Of a stretch of 64,000 nt of DNA, positions 28,456-36,377 are shown piece after piece. Position numbers and translations under genes: made by a program. The notes under the pieces are model-generated. The model searched no databases and was not told the origin of the DNA. It saw only the letters and a list, made by a program, of their open reading frames with translations. This DNA is from Clostridia bacterium (GTDB lineage: Bacteria > Bacillota > Clostridia > Oscillospirales > CAG-272). Each line of letters begins with the position of its first letter. Position 1 is the first letter of the stretch. The stretch spans positions 9,456 through 73,455 of the forward strand of contig JAFTNU010000036.1 in assembly GCA_017451735.1 (NCBI GenBank), in the 5' to 3' direction.

Positions 28456-29571
28456 ATGAACGCATCCCTCTATATGCCCACCCGCGTGCTCGCAGGACGC
28501 GGTGTGGTCAAGCAGAATTCCGCCCTGCTTGCCATGGGCAAGCACGCTATGATCGTGACCGGCAAAAAAAGCGCGCGGCTGTGCGGCGCCCTGGACGATG
28601 TGACCGCGGTGCTTGACGCCGCCGGTGTTTCCTATACCATATTTGACAAGGTCAGCGAAAATCCCCCGCTCCTCACCTGTTATGAGGGCGGCCGCCTCGC
28701 CGCCGAGGCGGGAGCCGATTTTGTCATCGGCATCGGGGGCGGCTCCCCTTTGGATGCGGCCAAGGCCATTGCCGCCTTTGCGGCCAATCCCGCCATCGGG
28801 GCGATGGAGCTTTATGAGGCCGACAAGCGGGTGAACCCCTCTCTGCCCATTCTGGCCATTCCCACCACGGCGGGCACCGGCAGTGAGGTCAACCCTTACG
28901 CTGTGATGACACTGCCCGACAACGAGCACAAAAAGACCTTCACCGCCGATTGCTCCTGGCCCCGTGTGGCATTCGTAGACCCCAAATACACCGATTCCCT
29001 GCCCTACGGCACCACCGTGAGCACGGCACTGGATGCCTTTGCTCATGCGCTGGAATCCTATCTCTCGCCCAAGAGCACCGCATTCTCCGAGGCGGCGGCT
29101 CTGTTTGCCGCGGAAAAGATCTGGGATGTGCTGTCTCAGTACCCCGACACCTTCACCCCCGAAATGCGGGATGATCTTTCGGCGGCCTCCACGGCGGCAG
29201 GCATGGCCATCAGTGTAACGGGCACGGGATTCCCCCATCCGCTTGGGTACAGCATCACCCTGCTTGACGGTGTTCCCCACGGCCGTGCCTGCGCCGCATT
29301 TGCCGAGGATTATATCACCTACAACGAAAAAACCGAGGCGGGCAAGGCGCGGATCGCAGCCTTCGCCGCCGCCATCGGCACCACGCCAAAGGTGATGAAA
29401 ACCTACCTCCCCGCCCTTGCGGAGGTGGAATTCTCCTTTACCGATGAGGAGATCGAGCGTCGCCTTTCTTTGGTGGAGAACGCCAAGAACTACGCCAACA
29501 GCCCGTACGTGATCTCGAAGCGCGAAATGCGGGATATTTACAAGAGACTTTTTGGAAAGAACGGGAGATAA
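28456..29571 (+). CDS. iron-containing (group III) alcohol dehydrogenase
   Basis: GIGGGSPLDAAKA and AIPTTAGTGSEV motifs, plus the His-rich metal site (DAFAHALE). Confidence 0.85.
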   Translation: MNASLYMPTRVLAGRGVVKQNSALLAMGKHAMIVTGKKSARLCGALDDVTAVLDAAGVSYTIFDKVSENPPLLTCYEGGRLAAEAGADFVIGIGGGSPLDAAKAIAAFAANPAIGAMELYEADKRVNPSLPILAIPTTAGTGSEVNPYAVMTLPDNEHKKTFTADCSWPRVAFVDPKYTDSLPYGTTVSTALDAFAHALESYLSPKSTAFSEAAALFAAEKIWDVLSQYPDTFTPEMRDDLSAASTAAGMAISVTGTGFPHPLGYSITLLDGVPHGRACAAFAEDYITYNEKTEAGKARIAAFAAAIGTTPKVMKTYLPALAEVEFSFTDEEIERRLSLVENAKNYANSPYVISKREMRDIYKRLFGKNGR

Positions 29572-29581
29572 GAGAATCTTC

Positions 29582-30597
29582 ATGATCGAGATCAACGGAA
29601 CCCAATGTCACGAGTTACTGAGAGACCAAGCGATCCCTCTTCTGGCATACGACAAAAGCCGAAATTATGCCGAATGGCGGCAAGAAATCAGGGCAAAATT
29701 CATTGAGCTGACAGGTCTTGATCTGATCGCACAAAATGCCTGCGAGCCCGATCTCATCATCGAGAGCGATGAGATGATGGAGGGCTATCGCCAAATCCGC
29801 TTCGTCTTTTCCGGTGAAAAAAACGAGCTTGTTCCCTGCTATCTGCTGATCCCGGATACGGGCAAGGAGAAATACCCCTTGGCAATCACGCTGCAGGGAC
29901 ATTCCACGGGCTTTCACAACTCCATCGGCGTGATCAGATATGAGCGGGATGAAGCCTATCAGCCCCGCGGCTGCTTTGGCCTGCAGGCAGTCAAGCGCGG
30001 CTACATGGCGCTTTGCATCGAGCAGCGCGCTATGGGCGAGCGGCGGGTAAAATCCCCCACAGAGCGCAAGCAGGGCTGTAATTTTCAAGCCTTCAATGCC
30101 TTTATGATGGGGCGAACCCTCATCGGCGAGCGCGTTTGGGATGTAAGCCGCGCCATCAATCTGATGGAAAGCTTCCCACAGTGCGATATGGATAAGATCT
30201 TTATCACGGGCAACTCCGGGGGCGGCACCGCCTCCTATTATGCCGCTTGCTTTGACGAGCGCATCAAGGTCAGCATTCCCAGCTGCTCTTTCTGCTCCTG
30301 GGCCACCTCGATCATGGCGATGCATCATTGCGGATGTAATTATATTCCCGGCGCCTATCGACAGTTTGAGATGGCGGATCTTGCCTGCCTGATCGCCCCC
30401 GCAAGCTGGCAATCATTGCAGGTGAAAGGGATCCGATCTTCCCTATCGAGGGCGTTAAGGATGCCTATGGCGTGGCAAGGGATATCTTCACCGCCGCGGG
30501 CTGTCCCGAGCACGTCAGTCTTACCTTGACCCCGAAGGATCACTGGTGGTGCGAGGATATCGTTTGGAACAAAATTCGGGAAGTAACAAAATGGTAA
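29582..30597 (+). pseudogene. alpha/beta-hydrolase (acetyl-esterase/dienelactone-hydrolase-like), frame broken at a C5 run
   Basis: Nucleophile elbow GNSGGG. After LIAP (C-run 30396-30400) the annotated frame turns into low-quality sequence. The -1 frame reads RKLAIIAGERDPIFPIEGVKDAYGVARDIFTAAGCPEHVSLTLTPKDHWWCEDIVWNKIREVTKW* and ends at TAA 30595-30597, just before a terminator. Confidence 0.75.
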
Positions 30598-30642
30598 AAA
30601 CAGGGCGAGGAACCTTTTTGAATGGTTCCTCGCCCTGTTTTA
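30596..30642. terminator. bidirectional rho-independent terminator
   Basis: AAAAACAGGGCGAGGAACC-TTTTTGAAT-GGTTCCTCGCCCTGTTTT. It lies between convergent genes. Confidence 0.9.
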
Positions 30643-30650
30643 TACGCTGT

Positions 30651-32048
30651 TTATACGCTGTGCACACCGAGCTTTGCGTCGGCAGAGGTGGCATCGATAC
30701 CGTATTTCTTGGCCTTACGAGCCTCGAAGAACTTGAGGGCAACCTGCTCAAATAGCGCGTAGGAAAGGACGTCCTCGTCCTGCTCCATATAGCCCGCGAT
30801 CTTCTCACGCAGGGTATCCAGCTCGGGGGGCAGAAGGTCGGCGGGACGGCAGGTGATGGGCTCCTCGTCCCCGATGATCTTTTTGACGAATGCGGGGTCG
30901 ATGGGCATGGGCGTCTTGCCGTACTCACCCTTGACGATACCCTTGAATTCCTTGGTGCAGGTCTTGTAGCGCTCACCCATGAGCACATTGAACACCGCCT
31001 GGGTTCCCACGATCTGGGAGGAGGGGGTGACAAGGGGCGGATATCCCACATCGGCACGGACGCGGGGCACCTCGGCCAGCACCTCGGGCAGAAGATCGGA
31101 CTTCCCTGCCTCGGCCAGCTGACGCATCAGGTTGGAGAGCATGCCACCCGGCACCTGGTAAAGCAGGGCGTTCACATCCACCTTCAAAGCCTTGGGATCC
31201 AGCTGCCCGCTTGCCAGATATTTTTCGCGCAGAGGGGTAAAATAGCGGGTGATCTCGTCCAAGGCCTCCAGCGAGATGCCCGTGTCGTACTGCGTCCCCG
31301 CAAGCGTGGCCACAAAGGTCTCTGTGGGGGGCTGAGAGGTCCCCATGGACAGAGGCGAAATGGCGGTATCCACAATATCCACGCCGGCCTCCACCGCCTT
31401 GAGCAGCGTCATGGACGCAAGCCCAGCGGTATAGTGGGTATGGAGCTGAATAGGCAGCTTGGTGGATTCCTTCAGGGCCTTGACCAGATCATAGGCGTCG
31501 TAGGGCTTTAAGAGACCCGCCATATCCTTGATGCAAATGGAATCGGCCCCCATCTCCTCCAGCTGCTTGGCGTACTTGGCATAATAGTCCAAGGTATAGC
31601 AGGGGCCTGTGGTATAGGAGAAGGCTACTTGGGCATGGCCCTTTTCGCGCTTGGTGGCATTAACGGCAGTCTGCAGATTGCGGGGGTCATTCAAGGCATC
31701 GAAAATGCGGATGATATCGATGCCGTTGGCAATGGATTTTTCGACAAAATAAGACACCACGTCGTCGGAATAATGACGGTAGCCGAGAATGTTCTGGCCG
31801 CGAAAGAGCATCTGCAATTTTGTGTTCTTGACCTTATCGCGGATCTTGCGCAGTCTCTCCCAGGGGTCTTCGTTCAAAAAGCGCAGGCAGGAGTCAAAGG
31901 TCGCACCGCCCCACGCCTCCAGGGAATGGTAACCGATGGCATCCATCTTCTCTAAGATCGGGAGCATTTCCTCGGTGGTCATGCGGGTGGCGATCAAGGA
32001 CTGATGCGAGTCGCGCAGAGCGGTTTCTGTGATCTTTACTTGAGCCAT
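30651..32048 (-). CDS. oxaloacetate/pyruvate carboxyltransferase subunit (5S/OadA N-terminal type, no biotin domain)
   Basis: ITETALRDSHQSL...HTHYTAGLA TIM-barrel carboxyltransferase pattern. At 465 aa it lacks a C-terminal biotinyl domain. Confidence 0.85.
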   Translation of the reverse strand: MAQVKITETALRDSHQSLIATRMTTEEMLPILEKMDAIGYHSLEAWGGATFDSCLRFLNEDPWERLRKIRDKVKNTKLQMLFRGQNILGYRHYSDDVVSYFVEKSIANGIDIIRIFDALNDPRNLQTAVNATKREKGHAQVAFSYTTGPCYTLDYYAKYAKQLEEMGADSICIKDMAGLLKPYDAYDLVKALKESTKLPIQLHTHYTAGLASMTLLKAVEAGVDIVDTAISPLSMGTSQPPTETFVATLAGTQYDTGISLEALDEITRYFTPLREKYLASGQLDPKALKVDVNALLYQVPGGMLSNLMRQLAEAGKSDLLPEVLAEVPRVRADVGYPPLVTPSSQIVGTQAVFNVLMGERYKTCTKEFKGIVKGEYGKTPMPIDPAFVKKIIGDEEPITCRPADLLPPELDTLREKIAGYMEQDEDVLSYALFEQVALKFFEARKAKKYGIDATSADAKLGVHSV

Positions 32049-32058
32049 AGGGACCTCC

Positions 32059-32454
32059 TTAGTTCAGAGTAACCAGCGTCTCGTTGGCAGAGACCGACGT
32101 GCCCTGGGCAACCTCCACGGTGGCAACGGTACCGTCGGCAGGAGCGCAAATGTCATTCTCCATCTTCATGGCCTCAAGGACCAGGAGCACATCTCCCTTT
32201 CTGACAGCGTCTCCCTCCTTGACATTGATGCGCACGATGGAACCGGGCATGGGGGCGGTAACCTTGACCGCGCCTGCGGCACCGCTTGATGCGGGCTTGG
32301 CGGGAGTAGGTGTGGGCACAGGCGCGGGTGCCGCAACGGGTGCGGGTGCCGCGGCAGGTGCAGGGGCCGCAACGGGCGCGGACACTGCGGCGGTTTCTTC
32401 TACGGTAACGTCATATGCAACACCGTTGACGGTGACACGATAAGTTTTCATCAT
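32059..32454 (-). CDS. biotin carboxyl carrier protein (1.3S/gamma subunit type)
   Basis: Ala/Pro-rich linker, then LVLEAMKMEN biotinylation motif. Confidence 0.9.
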   Translation of the reverse strand: MMKTYRVTVNGVAYDVTVEETAAVSAPVAAPAPAAAPAPVAAPAPVPTPTPAKPASSGAAGAVKVTAPMPGSIVRINVKEGDAVRKGDVLLVLEAMKMENDICAPADGTVATVEVAQGTSVSANETLVTLN

Positions 32455-32471
32455 CTATTTTACCAGACCTT

Positions 32472-32801
32472 TCATTTACTTTGGGAGACGGTGGGAGCCT
32501 TGCGGAAGGCAACCACGCGGAAGGCGGGCGCTTGTCCGCCGTTTTCTTCGGCAAGAGTTGCCGCCAGGGCGGCGGTGATGGCAGCGATGAGGGAATCATC
32601 GTTGCCTGCAGGGGCAGAAGCGGCAGAGGGCGACGCAGCCAAGGGGGCGGACACTTCTCTGCTCTCTTCAGCGTCTGCTGCCGTGTCGGCGTTATCGGTC
32701 ACCTTACGGTAGATCACCATGCCGACAAGGAACACCGCCAGCAGGATCAGCAAGGCGACCACGCCGCTCGACAGGGTCAGCGTTACGGAAAGAGAACTCA
32801 T
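32472..32801 (-). CDS. OadG family small membrane subunit
   Basis: 109 aa, a single N-terminal TM, and an Ala-rich tail. Its position is between the carboxyltransferase and BCCP genes. Confidence 0.7.
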   Translation of the reverse strand: MSSLSVTLTLSSGVVALLILLAVFLVGMVIYRKVTDNADTAADAEESREVSAPLAASPSAASAPAGNDDSLIAAITAALAATLAEENGGQAPAFRVVAFRKAPTVSQSK

Positions 32802-34129
32802 AGGCGCACCTCTCTGCCCTTATCCGCCAGCATATACAGGGCGGCAACCAGACGGGCGCGCAGCTCGGCGGGGGCGATGATGTCGTCGACCTCACCCGTG
32901 GCGGCGGCTCTTTCGGGCGTTGCCACAGTCTCACGCCATTCCTTCTCCAGGGACTCACGGGAGGTCTCGGGCGTAATGCGGTCATTCCAAAGGAATGCCA
33001 CGCCCGATCTTGCGGTCAGTGCGGCGATCTCGGCGCCCGGCAAGGAAAGAACCAGGTCTGCACCCAAGGCGCGACAGGAGCCGAAAATGAATCCCGCGCC
33101 CACGGCATCACCGACAATTGCGGTAACGCGGGGCGTTGTTGCGCTTGCCTGTACCTTAGCCAGGGCGGCCAGCTCGGCGGCCAGTTCCCCCTCCTCGGCG
33201 GCATTGGCCGCAAGGCCCGTGCAGTTCACAAGAGTGACGACCGGCAGGCCGAAGGCATCGGCCGTGGTCAGCATACGGCGCATTTTTTTGACAGCGCTCA
33301 GGTCCAGGGCACCGTCCATGGCCAGGGCCAGAGCCGAAACGCCGCCGAAAGCGGCAAGACCTGCGGTGACGGCAGACCCATAGCCGCCAAGCACCTCATA
33401 AAAGCTGCCTGCATCGGCCGTGACGTCAAGCGCCTCCTTGGCGGTGGAACGGTCGCCCAGGGGCACGGCACGGTTGGGATCATCGGCGGTGCTCAGTGCG
33501 GGAATGCCGTGCGCGGCATGGTCGGGCAGATAGGAAAGGAGCTTTTGAACAGCGGCGATCGCCTCCCCCTCTCCATCTGCAAGCACGGCCGCGTTGCCAT
33601 GCTCAAAGGCATATGCGGCGGTGCCGACCTCCTCACCCACCTGTGTGGGAGAGGACACATACAAGTGCCCGCTGCCCTTTACGGCAACGGTAAAATCAAA
33701 GAGAGCCGCAACCGATGCCATGGTGCCGGCGCAGGTGCCGCTGATCACGGCGATCTGAGGGATTTGGCCCGAGGCCGCCGCCACGGTACGCAGCAGCGTT
33801 CCGTAGCCTGCCAAAGCGGCCGCACCGTCAAAGACGACGGCACCGGCACAATCGAAAAATCCCACAATGGGCGCCCCTACCGCCATGGCCTTTTGGTAGG
33901 TGCGAACGATCTTATCGGCATGGCGCCCGTCCAGGGCGCCCTTCATCAGGGAGCTATCCTGAGAGAAGGCAAAGACCAGGCGACCCGCCATGGAGCCGTA
34001 GCCGCAGATCACGCCCTCGGCCTGATCCTCGGTACCCGGGCGACAGATATACGCCCCAAGCTCCACAAAGGTACCGGCATCGAAAAAGGACTGCAAACGC
34101 CCGATGCCGACTGTGTTTTTTTCTTTCAT
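32798..34129 (-). CDS. acyl-CoA carboxyltransferase (12S / methylmalonyl-CoA decarboxylase alpha type, short 443-aa form)
   Basis: Two carboxyltransferase half-domains (GALDGRHADKIVR..APIVGFFDCAG; KMRRMLTTADAFGLPVVTLVNCTG). Confidence 0.8.
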   Translation of the reverse strand: MKEKNTVGIGRLQSFFDAGTFVELGAYICRPGTEDQAEGVICGYGSMAGRLVFAFSQDSSLMKGALDGRHADKIVRTYQKAMAVGAPIVGFFDCAGAVVFDGAAALAGYGTLLRTVAAASGQIPQIAVISGTCAGTMASVAALFDFTVAVKGSGHLYVSSPTQVGEEVGTAAYAFEHGNAAVLADGEGEAIAAVQKLLSYLPDHAAHGIPALSTADDPNRAVPLGDRSTAKEALDVTADAGSFYEVLGGYGSAVTAGLAAFGGVSALALAMDGALDLSAVKKMRRMLTTADAFGLPVVTLVNCTGLAANAAEEGELAAELAALAKVQASATTPRVTAIVGDAVGAGFIFGSCRALGADLVLSLPGAEIAALTARSGVAFLWNDRITPETSRESLEKEWRETVATPERAAATGEVDDIIAPAELRARLVAALYMLADKGREVRL

Positions 34130-34328
34130 AAAGTCCTCCGTGTACGCTTTTCGAGGGTGGTTGCTTTATTGTATATATAAAACAAACCTTCTCCCCCAAT
34201 TTACCATAATTTTACCACAAAACGCACGAACGGTGGGGTCTTTTTCAAAAAACAGTTGTTAACATTTTGTAAACGGCTGAGTTTTTTTCCCCTTTGAGAA
34301 AAAAATTACAAAAATTTGCAAAAAGGGG

Positions 34329-34357
34329 TTGCATTTCTGTTTTTATTGTGTTATAAT
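34329..34357 (+). promoter_or_regulatory. sigma-A type promoter with extended -10, for tRNA-Val
   Basis: TTGCAT (34329-34334), 17 nt, TGtTATAAT (34349-34357). Confidence 0.75.
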
Positions 34358-34383
34358 AGTGTTCGTTGCGAAACAACGCACAT

Positions 34384-34460
34384 GGGGGCATAGCTCAGCT
34401 GGTTAGAGCGCATGCTTGACATGCATGAGGTCATTGGTTCGATCCCAACTGTCCCCACCA
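34384..34460 (+). tRNA. tRNA-Val (anticodon GAC), CCA encoded
   Basis: Cloverleaf read by hand: acceptor GGGGGCA/TGTCCCC, D-arm AGCTCAGCTGGTTAGAGC, anticodon stem CATGC/GCATG with loop TTGACAT, T-arm GGTTCGATCC, and 3' ACCA. Confidence 0.9.
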
Positions 34461-34461
34461 A

Positions 34462-34505
34462 CAAAAAGAGAACTTTTGTTTACCAAAAGTTCTCTTTTTG
34501 TTTAT
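34462..34505 (+). terminator. rho-independent terminator after tRNA-Val
   Basis: 17-bp stem CAAAAAGAGAACTTTTG / CAAAAGTTCTCTTTTTG, loop TTTAC, T-rich tail. Confidence 0.85.
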
Positions 34506-34685
34506 CCAAGCCGCAGGCTTGGCATATCATCCGCCGCAAGGCGGTATATCATCAGCCCTTCGGGCTGTATCTCATCACGCCCCGGCGTGTATTTTTCTGC
34601 GGCTTGATGAGATACAACACTTCGTGTTGATGATATCCAGCTCCAAGGGAGCTGATGATATACAAGGCTTCGCCTTGATTTATTT
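34496..34685 (+). repeat. hairpin-comb element, copy 1 (190 nt, full length)
   Basis: Seven GC-rich hairpins are separated by AT-rich ATATCATC-type spacers, three direct and three inverted. See findings. Confidence 0.85.
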
Positions 34686-34760
34686 ACAAAAACTCTAAAA
34701 GAAGTGATATTGTGGAACCATTGATGCACCTGTTTGGCTGTATTCTAAACCGGTTTGATT

Positions 34761-34903
34761 TTTTGTTTATCCAAGCCGCGGGCTTGGCATATCATCCGCC
34801 GCAAGGCGGTATATCATCAGCCCTTCGGGCTGTATCTCATCACGCGTCGGCGTGTATTTTTTCTGCGGCTTGATGATATACAAGGCTTCGCCTTGATTTA
34901 TTT
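34761..34903 (+). repeat. hairpin-comb element, copy 2 (143 nt, copy 1 minus 48 nt)
   Basis: Aligns to copy 1 with 3 substitutions, 1 T-run length change and one 48-nt deletion bounded by a TGATGA direct repeat. Confidence 0.85.
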
Positions 34904-34942
34904 GCTAAAGTATGATATGATACTCTCAAAGGGAGTGATAGT

Positions 34943-35290
34943 ATGGCTAAAAACTATTTATTGGTCTATTCGGAGCAGCTTGCAACCGATATGGAATTGC
35001 TTTGTCAAAATATAAAAGCTCCTTCCAATACTCTTTTTCAAATCCGTAAAAGCTCAAGCAGTGTTTATGCAAACATTCGTGAAGCCAATTATGGACAAAG
35101 CAAAGCGGATATGCTTTCGAAATTTGAGATTGCCCTTAAAGAATGCACTGAAACAGAAGGTTGGTTGCAGTTGTTGTACAATGCAAACGGCGTAGACGAG
35201 AACATTTACAAAAATCATAGAAATCTTTGCGGGCGCATCAGACGAATGCTGATTGCAAGCTGTACAACGCTAAAGAAGAACACAAAATGA
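34943..35290 (+). CDS. four-helix-bundle protein (23S rRNA intervening-sequence protein / Avd family)
   Basis: QIRKSSSSVYANIREANYGQSKADMLSKFEIALKECTETEGWLQLL fits the family pattern Q..RS..SI.ANI.EG....S..DF...L.IA..E..ET..WL. SD AAGGGAG is present. The gene is markedly AT-rich relative to its neighbours. Confidence 0.75.
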   Translation: MAKNYLLVYSEQLATDMELLCQNIKAPSNTLFQIRKSSSSVYANIREANYGQSKADMLSKFEIALKECTETEGWLQLLYNANGVDENIYKNHRNLCGRIRRMLIASCTTLKKNTK

Positions 35291-35368
35291 ATATAAAATC
35301 TATTCTCCCGTACAATACAGATAAATTTGCAGAACAGTTGAAAAAATTTCTTTGAAGATGAAATTTGA

Positions 35369-35397
35369 TTGACAAAATTTGTTATTTATCATATAAT
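35369..35397 (+). promoter_or_regulatory. sigma-A type promoter for ksgA
   Basis: TTGACA (35369-35374), 17 nt, TATAAT (35392-35397). Confidence 0.75.
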
Positions 35398-35427
35398 GAA
35401 TCCATGACACATGAACGTGAGGTAAGC

Positions 35428-36288
35428 ATGAATCTTTGCGACGTAAGAACCGTAAAAAATATCATGGAGGCCTTCGGGCTCCGTTTTCGCAAGGAGTTCG
35501 GGCAGAATTTTCTGACCAATCCCATGGTTGTGAGCGACATTGCCGACTCCTGCACCGACAGCGCCGAGGACAGCATTTTGGAGATCGGCCCCGGCATCGG
35601 CACGCTGACCCGTGAGCTCTGCGCCCGCTACAAAAGCGTATTGGCACTGGAGATCGACCGCGGGCTGATCCCTGCCCTTTCCTACACCCTGGACGAGTTC
35701 AAAAACGTGAACGTGATCAACGAGGATGTAATGAAGGCTGACCTGGCCGCGCTTCTTTCCCCTTATTTTGAGGCGGGCGGCGTATCGGTCTGCGCCAATC
35801 TCCCCTATTATATCACAACCCCCATTCTGATGAAGCTGTTGGAAAGCGGCCTTCCCTTTCGCTATATCACCATTATGATCCAATCGGAGGTAGCCGACAG
35901 GCTGACGGCAAAGGCGGGCAGCGGAGCCTACGGAGCCATTACCGCCATGCTGAACTACTACGGCACGGCAGAGCGGTTATTTACCGTTTCGGCAGGCAAC
36001 TTTCTGCCGCCCCCCTCGGTCAATTCGGCAGTGGTACGCATCAGGCTCCATGAGCAAAAGCCCTATGTGCCAAAGGACGAGGAGATCTTCCGCCGCACGG
36101 TAAAGGCCGCCTTTGAGCAACGGCGCAAGACATTGCCCAACGCGCTGTCGGCAGGATTTCCCACCTTGAGCAAGGAGCAATGCATTGCGGCTGTCACGGC
36201 GGCAGGCCATCGCCCCGACATCCGCGGCGAGCGGTTGGACGTCAGCGAATTCGTGGCGCTCTCCGACCTGATCGCACAGATGCTATAA
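35428..36288 (+). CDS. rsmA: 16S rRNA (adenine1518-N6/adenine1519-N6)-dimethyltransferase
   Basis: FGQNFL, ILEIGPGIGTLT and NLPYYITTPI motifs. I placed the start at ATG 35428, downstream of the promoter. Confidence 0.9.
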   Translation: MNLCDVRTVKNIMEAFGLRFRKEFGQNFLTNPMVVSDIADSCTDSAEDSILEIGPGIGTLTRELCARYKSVLALEIDRGLIPALSYTLDEFKNVNVINEDVMKADLAALLSPYFEAGGVSVCANLPYYITTPILMKLLESGLPFRYITIMIQSEVADRLTAKAGSGAYGAITAMLNYYGTAERLFTVSAGNFLPPPSVNSAVVRIRLHEQKPYVPKDEEIFRRTVKAAFEQRRKTLPNALSAGFPTLSKEQCIAAVTAAGHRPDIRGERLDVSEFVALSDLIAQML

Positions 36289-36296
36289 GAGAATGC

Positions 36297-36343
36297 AAGG
36301 CGCTCACGGCATACGAAGCACGTATGCCGTGAGCGCCTTTTTT
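36297..36343. terminator. rho-independent terminator
   Basis: 19-bp stem AAGGCGCTCACGGCATACG / CGTATGCCGTGAGCGCCTT, loop AAGCA, then TTTT. Confidence 0.9.
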
Positions 36344-36377
36344 CGCTTATCAATAAACGGCCATGGGACGGCTCTTT

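Noticed and set aside
32250-32400. GC-rich imperfect tandem repeats (GCNGCNCC-type periodicity) as a possible repeat element.
   Set aside because: It is the Ala/Pro-rich flexible linker (AAPAPAAAPAPVAAPAPVPTPTPAKPA) of the biotin carboxyl carrier protein, a normal feature of these subunits.
34496-34903. CRISPR array or attC/integron cassette sites.
   Set aside because: The hairpins all differ in sequence, and there are no repeats of constant length with unique spacers. No cas or intI genes are present. The unit spacing of 22-25 nt is far too short for CRISPR.
34412-35015. ORF-track peptides across the repeat region (34412-34630, 34416-34607, 34498-34698, 34502-34729, 34755-35015).
   Set aside because: They start inside the tRNA or its terminator and have no SD. 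They read through palindromic hairpins in several frames on both strands. The two repeat copies differ by a 48-nt indel, with substitutions confined to hairpin loops. That pattern points to nucleic-acid structure, not coding.
34496-35290. Diversity-generating retroelement (two ~140-nt repeats as TR/VR plus an Avd-like four-helix-bundle gene).
   Set aside because: No reverse transcriptase gene is in the vicinity, and neither repeat lies in the 3' end of a target ORF. The few differences between the copies are not adenine-specific (A/G, CC/GT, T-run length, a 48-nt deletion).
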